Origin: Marsupella aquatica
Taxonomy: Eukaryota; Plantae; Marchantiophyta
Assembly (NCBI GenBank): GCA_973895155.1
Contig: OZ316897.1
Coordinates: forward strand, 15,251,375-15,315,374
Direction of reading: 5' to 3'
DNA length: 64,000 bases
A program made the translations under genes and the position numbers. Below the pieces are notes generated by a model. The model did not search any database, was not told where the DNA came from, and was given only the letters and a program-made list of their open reading frames with translations. The first letter of the stretch is position 1. Each line of letters opens with the position of its first letter. Below are positions 26,487-37,072 of this stretch, one piece after another.

Positions 26487-26872
26487 AGCTTTTGATTCTC
26501 CATTATTCGCTTTCTGTGTACACAAACGTTGTGTGAGTGAATGAGACGCGGACATACACTGATCAGACAAACAAGAACCAAAGGAAGAGGAGGGCCCATG
26601 AAATAAATATGGTGAGTCCACCAGGCGATGAAGATTACCAGTACTCGGCCTACTGCGTTTCTGTTGACAAAAATCTGCCTGGGGCTCTATTAAATGCTAG
26701 TGCATGGTCCATGACTTGCACTAGCAAGGCATTCCCTGCCTGTGATGTTGCTCGCCTAGTACTCCTTGGCTGATGTTCGTTGTCTGCCGGGTTTGAATCG
26801 TTCGGCAGTGGTGCCTCCAATTCCTCCATTTGATCAGCTTCAGTCCATTCGTCATTCTTACTTATGACATAA

Positions 26873-28684
26873 CTAGCAATACCCGTGCGTTGCACAAAAG
26901 AAGTCATGTCGGCCAAGATGTCATTGAGAAAAAAAGATGTCGTGTCGGCCAAGAGGTCATTGAGAGAAAAGATGTAGTGTCAGCCAAGAGGTTGTGGAGA
27001 GAAAAAGATGTTGTGTCGGCCAAGAGGTCGTGGAGAGAAAAGATGTAGTGTCGGCCAAGAGGTCGTGGAGAAAAAAGATGTAGTGGCGGCCAAGAGGTCA
27101 TGGAGAGAAAAGATTTTGTGTCGGCCAAGAGGTCGTTGAGAGAAAAGAAGTCGTTGAGAAAAAAAGATGGCCAAGAGGTCATTAAGAGAAAAGAAGTCAT
27201 TGAGGAAAACATTTGTCATGTCGGTCAAGAGATCGTTGAGAAAAAAGATGTCATGTCGGCCAAGATGTTGTCAAGAAAACAATTGTCATGTCGGCCAAGA
27301 TGTCGTTGAGAAAAATATGTCGTGTCAGCAAAGACATCATTGAGGGAAAAGATGTCATGTCAGCCAAGACATCGTTGAGGGAAAATACCTGTGCATTGCA
27401 CAAAAGATGTCCTTGAAGTCATTTTGCCAAAGATGCCATTATATGAAAGATGTTGATAAGAAAAATGTGTCATTTTGCCAAAGATATCGTGAAGTAAAAG
27501 ATGTTATAAAGAAAAAAAAGGTGTTGTTTCATCCAAGTTGTCATTGTGTGAAAGATGTTATGAAGTAAAAAATCAAGGAGAGAGGGAGCAGTCTTTTTCT
27601 TTGTTTGTTTTTTACCCAAAATGCCCTTGCATTTGAATGGCGACCACTCTATACATTGGCGCAATGTTATATTATCGGTTTTAGGTTTTAGGTTTTAGGG
27701 TTTAGCAAAGATGATCATTTTATCGCTATCCTTTCAATCCCCGTGCGTTGCATAAAAGATGTTGTTTGGTTAAAGATGTTGTTGAGAAATAGCTCATGGT
27801 GCAAAAGATATCATTGAATAAAAAATTGCACAAAACTTTTTGTTGAATGAAAGATATCATTGTGCAAAATATTGGCCATGGCAGCCACAAAAGTTCCCTT
27901 TTTCTTTTTTCTCCTTGCACAAAAAAATTCTTTGAATAAAAGACGTCATTGCACAAACCACTGGCTATGACAACCACAAAAGTATAACAAAATGAGAGGT
28001 GTTTTCCCCCCTTTTAAACTTTTTTTCCTCTTATGTTCCTTTTAAACCTTAACCTCCCCCTTTTCCCCATTTCACCATCACTCCACTCGCTCGCCGCCCC
28101 CTCCCTCCCCACCCTTGCGCGACTGGAGCCCTTCGAGGGGCTGCCCTACATTGCAAGTGTGCCCCTTGCCCGACAACTTGCCATCAACGTCCGTGTCATG
28201 CGTTTCACTATGTCTTTGGGCCTTATTACTGTTGTTTTTTGGCATTGAAAATGATAGTGCAAATGACTCTAAAAATCACCACAAATATTGGGAGAACAAT
28301 TTTTTATTTATCAAGTGACTAAAATATTATTAGCAATTAAACTCCTTTTATCACTATTATACAAAACTATGTTGCACATAATATTGAATATGTAGAATAC
28401 TCTGAGTATGTACAATACGGATCATGGAGGCCTGGAGGGAGTATCCTCCTTGATCCTCGTGCATTGATTGTCGTGCATTAATTAAAGTCTTTCACTTTTT
28501 GGGGTGTCTTGTGTGATTATTTGGCTTGTCTTGAACAACGGTGTAACTTTTTGTGTCACACTAAACTCAATCCACATTTTGATTTTATTACTTACCTTTG
28601 ATCACATTTTAAAATTTTTATGCCCTTCAAATTTGAATGACGACCACTCTAAAAAGTGGCGCAACTGTGTATTATACTTTAGGA
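26873..28684 (-). mobile_element. Non-autonomous composite Helitron inserted at A^T in the transposase
   Basis: On the minus strand it starts TC (TCCTAAAG) after A and ends GTGCAACGCACGGGTATTGCTAG before T. No TSD; contains internal tandem repeats of about 34 bp. Confidence 0.88.
26895..27385 (+). repeat. Minisatellite of about 34 bp (GTCGGCCAAGAGGTCGTTGAGAAAAAAGATGT) inside the Helitron
   Basis: More than 10 imperfect copies visible. Confidence 0.9.
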
Positions 28685-30232
28685 TTGTGCAGTTTACAAC
28701 AAAGGCCTATCCATCTAACCATCCAAACAGAATCTTTTGTTTTATTCAGTTGAACCCTCACCTCCTTCACTGAATGCCAACGAGATTTAAGAACCCCAAT
28801 ACAGTGTTCATTGGTGACACGACATTTGGCTACACAGGTGTTAAAATCCTCTCTGTTGGTTGATATATCTGCCCTCTTGAAGGAGCATACTAAATGGGGG
28901 CAGGCCTGGTAGCCAAAGTCACCTAGTAAGTACTGCCCCTCCTGGAACAACAAATTTCGGCCAACCTGGTTACAATAATTCCACAAGGGAGACCTCCTTA
29001 TACTGGTGAGGTCACCACAGGATCCAGGCATTCCTGTAAGAATTCATAGACAACGAGGGGTGAGCCAGAAATGCTCACTAGTAAGAGCAATAAGAATAGT
29101 AATGTGGGGTTTAAAATATGAAAAATAAGTGAAATCGACATACCTGAGAACATGAAAATGATTTTCCGCCTGTGGTCACAGACAACCTGAGTGTTGATGG
29201 AGTACCAACTCTTCTTGTCATAATAACATTCTCCGTGCTCCTTTGGCCGTTGAGTCAGTGGCATGAGTGACCCATCGATGAGCCCTACACATCCTGGGAA
29301 GCCATGTGCTGCAAATGCTTTGGAAATGTTAGTTCTCTCATTGCTGTCTGGCCAAGCAATTTCTTGAGCCAGGATTGCCTCCAAAGCCACAAAACATCGT
29401 TTGCTGAAACTGACAAGGCTACCACAACTTACTCCCCAAATTGGAATCAAGTGGTTAATACAGGCCCCATTACCATCGTGGCCTAGTCTATCCAGACAAA
29501 TTGCAAGCTGCCTGATGATGGGGGCCTGGCTATGATGAGAATGGTTCTCAAATATGGGGTGAGATTCTATTTTGTCAACTAAGCCAAAGAATGTGGTTTT
29601 GTCCATCCTGGTAAGCTGCCTGAATAGTGTATCAGGCAAGTTATGGAAGAACTGGGTAGCAAACTCATCTGACTTGCTGGTGACATGTCTAGGAACAAAG
29701 AACCTGGTGTTGTACATGACAAAGTACAATTCAAACATGGAAGTGGGAGTAGTACTACTAAATTCTTCAAACTCATGCGCATCCCGAGAGTCCTCCGAGT
29801 TGGAACTAGAATCCATAGGCAGGTCACTGTCTGACAGTGAAATAGTGGACACAGTGCCAAAATCCTTTGCCTCCACATACCCCACTGATATATCAAGTGA
29901 GTCTGCATCAGATGAACTATCTGTGGACTCCAATGCAATTTTCACTTGAAGTGAATGCCTCATTGCTGTCAATTGTTTCTGGCACTGTGAGACACGAGGC
30001 ATAGCTGAGGTAGCAGAGTTCTGGAAAATGTACAACATGTGGGCCAGAACGTTCAGTCATACTCATTAAACCTGATGCAAAATTCACTGCAATTAAATGA
30101 AAGCAGATATTCTTCGTCTGCTGAACAATATATGACTCAATTGTATGCAACGAGAGTTAAACAATTCGGGCACAAATGTGCTTTACAATTCAGAATTGTG
30201 ACTGAGTACATATTGAAAACAAGATATCCCAT

Positions 30233-31100
30233 CTACTCGTCTAGGTCAGTATCTTTCAGAGCCTCTATCAAGTCAGCCAGAATTTTTTTGGCACTCTTAG
30301 GCTTCGTGGGAGTGCATTCCCGAAATTCAGACCGTTTTGGTGTACCCTGGCTAGGTGAGTTGCCTATGCTTTTACCTAATTGGACCCCAGGGCTGCTTGT
30401 ACATCCTTCATGAACAAATGCCAGGCGTACAATGTGCAGCTCCAGGTCCTTAACTGAAAGCCAGACTTGGAGTTTAGGACATTTTTGCAAGACCTTCTGG
30501 ACTGTGACTAACTGCTGAGCTTCATCTAACAGGCTGAATGGCCTTGGCTGGATATTGAGAAGCACAGTTGCCTGATCCCAGATTAGAGCTTTCAGTGGCG
30601 GGATCCCACTATTAACAGCATCAAACAAAATCAACTGGAATCAAAATTTGAGCTCTCCAGGGGCGGAATGCCCACATTTGTGACCAAATTCCAGGGACCT
30701 CTTACAAGCTACGCCAGGCTCCATGGGCTCAGTGCATGCTGATTAGGTGAACTTCCTTGGGAATGGGCTTCGTGCCACATAGTTACCTGCCCAGACTAGG
30801 GAGGGCGAAAATGACTCGGTTTTGCCACATTGTCTAGCATACTCCACCTGCGAAAGGGAAGTCCAATCCCCCATTGCCTGGAATGGCAGTGTCAAACAAA
30901 TGATCCATGACAACAATGCATATACAAATAACATTCTTTGCTGAAAAAATTAAGGACTACCTTGGAATATCAGCGCAATCTGAAGCCACCGTAAAGCACA
31001 GCAGCCCTCTCACGCCGTGCGCCCTGATTCACTCCCTGATGGAGCCGACAACGCAGCGATGTGTGAGTCTATGCTCTGCTGGAACGTGCGCGGAGCTTCG
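30233..31100 (-). pseudogene. Second cargo ORF of unknown function upstream of the transposase, degenerate
   Basis: 133-aa open C-terminal part ending KKILADLIEALKDTDLDE*, preceded by same-strand coding-like fragments with stops and a GT-AG intron at about 30960-30890. Confidence 0.35.
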
Positions 31101-32988
31101 TTGATTCGAATTCCTGCAGTGTGAAAAGGTCGAGGCCGCTGACTACTCTGCGCGGCGGATCGTTTGTAAACCCTATACGTTTAACCAGGGTTAAACGCGG
31201 TCGGGCGGGGGTTTCGGTGACAATTTCCTGGGCGTGACTGGTCGGGCACCAATTGTGGTGCCCGACCAGTCATGTTCGGAGTTCCGGGCACCGATACTCC
31301 CGGGCGCTGAAATATACCCAAACAGGCTATATATGATACGCCCTAGTAGACATTTGACAGTTTCCTGCAAATTATGGCTGGTAAATCTGGGAAACTATGA
31401 AAACATCCAATTGTTTTTCCACATCCAATGGCTCAGAGTGATTGTGAACAAATCCTTCATTCACTCAAACAAGCCGTGAATATGAGCAATGCTTTACAAT
31501 TTTGCACATTAATCTCTCTCATGGAGTTGAATGAGCCAAACTAGAGAAAAGTTCACTCCTGTAGTGTCACTTCTCAAAATACAATTTTAGTATGTTTAGC
31601 AGATTACGAGTATTGCTACAGTTAAGTAGGGTATGAGTCCAACTAGCTTTTCATTTCCTTAGTTTTTCCAAGGACAAGTTCTGATGCCTACTACATAGGC
31701 TATTATAGCTCACAAGCCCAATGCCAGTGCATTGCAAAGTTCATGTTGAGGCAAGGCAACGATGTCAAGGGGAGACAAGTAAAATTATGTAGGTGAGGAA
31801 AGAAAGCGTTGTGTCGTATAGTCCTAGCACAACCATGTGAAAGGAGGGAATGTTTTTTGCTTCATATTTACTCTTTTGTTAGAATTTTAGAATTTTAAAG
31901 AAATATATATTTATAGAAAACATTTATTTTCTATTTTAAAGAAATAAACTTGTCAATACTTTATTCTTATTCAATTCTCTAATCCTCAATTTGCAAGAGT
32001 TCAGGCCCATTTGAAATTGAAGATTTCCCAAACCTTGGATGTTCAGAGCCCATACGCCTTGTTTTTGCCACGCTTCAACAAGATGATCCAATCTGCCAAA
32101 TGGACCTCAAATGCCCCACAGTCATGCCTCTAGACGCCTTCTCATATTTGACTCAACCAAGTAAAGTCCCAACATCAAGACCTGGCTGCATATGGTCTGT
32201 ATTCGAGGGAGAGTCGACATCCAGAATGTTACAACCAGGTTTAGGAATATACAAGAAAATATGTGGGACTGGGATGGTACACAACAGAGCATGAGGGAAT
32301 GGACTTACTACTGTAGCCAACGAGGAGGGATGGAGGAGCTAATGAATTCAGAGTCTCTTGGGCCTGGTAAGCCTGGCTATTTCTACACCCAAATGCAGAT
32401 ATGGATTTGTAGGGGGGCTAAGGGGGTACACCGAAGCTCCATGCTAGAAGATGTTATCTAGTTACCAGGCATGTAAAATCCAAAATCTTGTACATTGAAA
32501 ATGCATGCACTCACCTACCAAAAGTATCATAAGCTGGACAACAAAATCTCATCCAAGTTGGTAGATCTCAACTAACAATCCTTTTTGCTAAGGTCATGCA
32601 ACCTAGAGTAAAGTCTGTTTAACTCCAACTACTCATCCAAAACTGAGCATTAACAATTACATCTTCAATTTGATTGTTCTGTTTGACTTAGTTTGAAGGT
32701 AATCTAAAGCACATATCAACTACTATAATATCCAATCCAGCCCTATGGAGCCATCGTCTCTTACAAACTAACTTTTGGTGTAAATTTGTGACAACTTTTG
32801 GATTCATTGTGTCCCTTTCTTGGGCAGTGGGATTATCTGAAAATGGGGCAAACTATAAACTTAGGCAGATGTGTAGGAATAGGTGTACAAGGCATGCAAG
32901 CATAGTGAATGACGCACTATAAACTTAGGCAAATGTGTAGGGTGCTGAAGGCATGCATGTATAGTGAGTACAATTGGCAAGTATAATG

Positions 32989-33288
32989 CCAGGTTTAACC
33001 TGACGGGCACCTTGACGTCTTGCCGGGCACGTCAAATCGTCAAATGACTGCCCGAAAACGACCAATTTGACGGATATTTGATAAGATTCTCCCGAACTCA
33101 CCCGAACCCGAACTTCCCCCCCCCCCCCGTACCACCCCCGAAGCCAAACCCGAACCCGGACCGCCCCCGAACCCGAACCCCCCCAAACCCGAACTCACCC
33201 CCCCCCCCGGACTACTCCCGAGCCCGGGTGCCAGGTTGCCGATTTGCCGGCCATTTTCGCCCAGTTTGATGGGCAAGGTCAAACCGGG
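32989..33288. mobile_element. 300-bp MITE with 8-bp TSD (hAT-like)
   Basis: TSD GTATAATG at 32981-88 and 33289-96; TIR CC(A/C)GGTTT(A/G)ACC; internal CCCGAA repeats. Confidence 0.85.
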
Positions 33289-36200
33289 GTATAATGAGTA
33301 CATCTGGTAGATTGTTACAGGTTCAACCCACACCTCTACACTCAATCATTAGTGGGAAAAGGCCATAGGGAGAAAAGAGGAAGGAGGACCACAGAATAGA
33401 TTTTGATTCTCATTTCTTGAATAGTATTCCATTTTCAAATTTTCTCCAGAGGTAGGGAGGTAGGTTTTTTCTTTCATTCTCATTTCTTGAATAGTATTCC
33501 ATCTTCAAATTTTCTCCAGAGGTGGGGAGGTAGTTTTTGTTTTGTTTTTGGTTTGTCTTTTTCGGTGGTGGGGGGATTGTGGTTTGGTGGACAGGGAGGT
33601 GCAACTTTTTAAAAACTAGGAAAGCCCCTATGTCTTGCTTAGTCTATCTCTTGCTCTTATCTCAGCTCTTGCCTTACTCTCACTCTGATTCTGGCTCTCT
33701 ACCTATTGCCCCTTCCATCCCCTACTTCTTCATCAACTTCTGCATTGTTTGACAAATCAATGTCACACTTTTGCAACGACACTCTTTCTGCAATCATGAC
33801 GTGAGGGAGGGAGGGCAGCAAAGGAAAGGAAAGGACAAAGGTGTCCCTCCATATATTAGCACCATGCCATTGTGCCTGCCCCGACCACTCTAGCTTGACT
33901 CGTGCTTGCCAGCACTTTTGCAACAACAATATGGTCACCAGAAAAAGATGGGCATTAACCACATGACAATGTTGACACCATGGCTGCAACACTGCATGGT
34001 CGCAATGACAACCAGCCGTATTGACTAATGATTGCAACAACATGTAAGATGCCTCATAAATTTATTGTCACACCTGAATTTCTTTGCCTTGATACAGCAT
34101 CTGGAGTGCAACGCACATGGCGTTGAGCTAGGCCTATATAAGAAGGGACTATATAAGAAGGGAATCGGCTGGTGCATAAAATATGGTCTACATCTATCCA
34201 TGTCATAAAAAAAATCAGTTTTGTACTCACCAATTATTAAGTTAGGCAACATCCAACCAAATAAAGTACCCTCCACTCACTGTGACACTCATTGACCCTT
34301 CTCTACTAATTTAAGTACTGTAGCTGACCCATCCTCAACTAATGATAGACCCCCATGGAAAGTTCCTTCCAAAATCCCTAGCACCACATGCAGCCACATC
34401 ATCATAGTAAATCATAAAGAACAAGAAAGAAACACAACTGTTTGTGTTTGATGTGTGACAAGAAGAAAAATTTGACCCAATAACTATAAAAAGATAAAAA
34501 TAAAATAAAACAACAGGGTAACACAAAATAACCAATTGGATGCCTTGTCAGTGATACATGAGTGTGTTTACATCAAAATAATTGTAACTTTTATTGTAGC
34601 AACTTTCCAAATGAGCCCATGTTGCGGGTTGCTCCATGAGTGCAAATGCTCTGTTCATATAATTGAATATAGTAAACGTTTCTGGCCATGTGGGACTCAC
34701 ACAGCCCATGGCATAGCAGGGTGCATAACTTTCATACAACATTTAGGATATTTTCCGCCCACTGAATTTAAGAACCACTAAGGGGAGATGGGAGGATGGG
34801 GAGGATGGAGGTTACAAACTAATTTTAGGAGAGGACCGCGCCCTTGGCTAATTTTAGTAATGGACATCTCATGCTCCGCTGATTAAATGAAATTTCATTG
34901 TCCAGGTAAGGCATATGTGGGTCGCTTGTTATGCTTGACTTGGGTAGCTTTAGTAGGGGATCCCTGCTTAGCTAATTGGGCCCCTCCTTGACTAATTTTA
35001 CCATTTGATTCATATTTAACAAATTTTAAGTGAGAACCTTGCTTGATGCAGTTTAGCAAAGACCCATGCTCACACATGTGAGATCATAAGCATGCATCCT
35101 AGGCATGGGTTATGAGCTAGTTCAATTATTTGTAAATGTGTAGAGCATTTTAATTATACAATATAAGTTTATGGGAATTAGACATCAAATTTAAACCATG
35201 GTGATTTATATCTAGACTTTGGGCATAAAATAATTTTCTCTCTCTTTTCAACATTTTGCGAAAATAACCTTCACCTTAACCTGTAACTGTAATGTTATCC
35301 GTTATCAATGCATAAGATATTTGGAAACGTCCCCTATAATTAAGGACACCTCCTCCTCCTTCCCCAGGACAACCGTCCCCTATATTTAAGGACACATCCT
35401 CTGACCACTCCCCACGACAAACTAAGCTAAAACTCACAAGGAATTTTGGCACCTACGAAGGCATTTTATTCTATTCGGCAGTAAAATAAAATATCCCAAT
35501 TATCTCGATTTTCTCGAAAAAAATAAATTCAAAGCTCATCCACTTTACAAGCTGGCACACCCCTTTTTTGGTATGACTTTATTTTCCATGTTATAAATAA
35601 ACTCATTATAATGCGAAAAAAACAGGATTGGAGCAACCACCGCAGTGCAGACTTAAAGTCAACCCCGGTTCGCCAAAGGATCACCGTAATAATGGAGTCA
35701 AACATTTTTAAAATAGGGGCAAGTTGATTAGTTGACACAATCTCACGGACATTTTAATAAATGCCTGCGGCAGAAGAGCAAAACAAAATAGTGGGGCCAA
35801 TGAAAAGATCCCGCTGCCGACGAACTCCTGACCTGAGCTGAAAGTTTGTTTCAGCTCGGTTCATCAGATCGTTTGTATGCAGTAGCAGACAACATTGCAA
35901 TTCTGTAGCAGCTGATGCCGAGAACGAGATTCTTGATGCTCAATTGATCATTTTTTCTACAGAAATCCACCTTAAGATAGAGACAATCATGGTGGTGGGT
36001 CTTCAGAGAATGATAATGATGTTTCAATCATCTGGGTGCTGGACTTTCATCATGGGGGCCTTCTACTGTACGAGGCTGGAGTTTTGGAAGGCAGCAAGCT
36101 TCAAGCGTCTTTGCATTTCTGAACGGGAGTACTGTATGACGGGTTCGCTACTTCGCTTCTCTCGTAGAAGGTTCTGCCGTTTTGTCAAGTTGGAGAGATT

Positions 36201-37072
36201 CTCTCGAGGCAAGGAAAAAGATAGATACTTCGTGAAAATTCTTTCATGAATTTCGTCTCCCCTGAGGTTTCTGGCGTTTTGTCAAGTTGGGGACAACAAC
36301 TCTCCAAAGCACAATGGTGGCAGTAATCTGTGACTATTTCTCGAGGGATGTGCGGTGCAGTCTGCATCTCTCTCTCTCTCTCTCTCTGTAACTGTGATCT
36401 GATAGCTTTGCAGGTTGATGGGTTGGAAAGAAATTGGTTCTGATCCTACCCTATGATTTTGGAGGAGCGACAGAAAGAGAGATTAGTCAAGAAGCAGGAA
36501 GTCTGTCACATGGGTAATGATGGGAAACATCATCAATGGGGAGCTGATTGACCGAACTAGGAGGATATCGTTTGTGGGTCCCTGGGGAGGCATACAGCAA
36601 CTCTCTCATATTGCTGTTCAGCATTGCGACGGTTATTTGTACGAAAGGAATGATCTGTGAGTGAGGCAAATTTCTGGAATTGGTCACATGGGATCGAAAG
36701 GAATGAACTGGTTTGAAGAGGAGTGGGGGCCAGTTCACCAAGGGAAAGGGCGATTAGGAGATTGGGTTCGTTTTCTGGTCTTTGTCCAGCGCCATGACAC
36801 TCGCGTTCCTCACCCACGGGGAATGTTGCTTACGTCGGTCGATTTCATTAAATTGGATGTGCCAAGATCTCTCACATCCGATAATTAGATGCTTTTTTGT
36901 TGCGCATGCCAGGAATACCGTCAGGGCGACAGGAGCAGACCTTCCACAAAAGCTTATAGGGTACTGAAGGTTCGAATATACAAAATCAATCGAGCTCATG
37001 AATTGGGAATCGGGATAGGAGAACAGAGGTGACGAAATATGATACAGCCTTTCTGAAGAGATATCTGCTTCA

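Larger units (their letters stand above)
26650..30002 (-). pseudogene. PIF/Harbinger DDE transposase (DDE_Tnp_4), interrupted by a Helitron; segments 30002-29144, 29033-28685, 26872-26650
   Basis: FRQLTRMDK, QLAICLDRLGHDGNG, FPGCVGLIDGS, YSINTQVVCD, G|MPGSCGD, LLGDFGY, RVTNEHCIGVLKSRW, CCKLH-N. The frame continues YVISKNDEW...* once the Helitron is removed. Confidence 0.9.
23028..31344. mobile_element. PIF/Harbinger-superfamily (PHIS; Pangu-like) DNA transposon, 8.3 kb
   Basis: Imperfect TIRs AGGGCGTCTCACATAT / ATATATGATACGCCCT flanked by 3-bp AGT duplications (23025-27, 31345-47). Encloses convergent Myb/SANT-like and DDE transposase genes. Confidence 0.8.

Noticed and set aside
26895-27385. 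CRISPR-like periodic array (also 13810-13955 and 49570-49795)
   Set aside because: Head-to-tail minisatellites without unique spacers, in a eukaryotic context with no cas genes.
31315-31328. CCAAACAGGC as a Tourist/PIF-type TIR
   Set aside because: No partner GCCTGTTTGG at the left end; the AGGGCG TIR pair with AGT duplication fits better.
33350-34135. Second Helitron ending GTGCAACGCAC...CTAG at about 34130
   Set aside because: CTAG is not followed by T and no 5' TC end could be placed; probably a relic, but its boundaries are unsupported.
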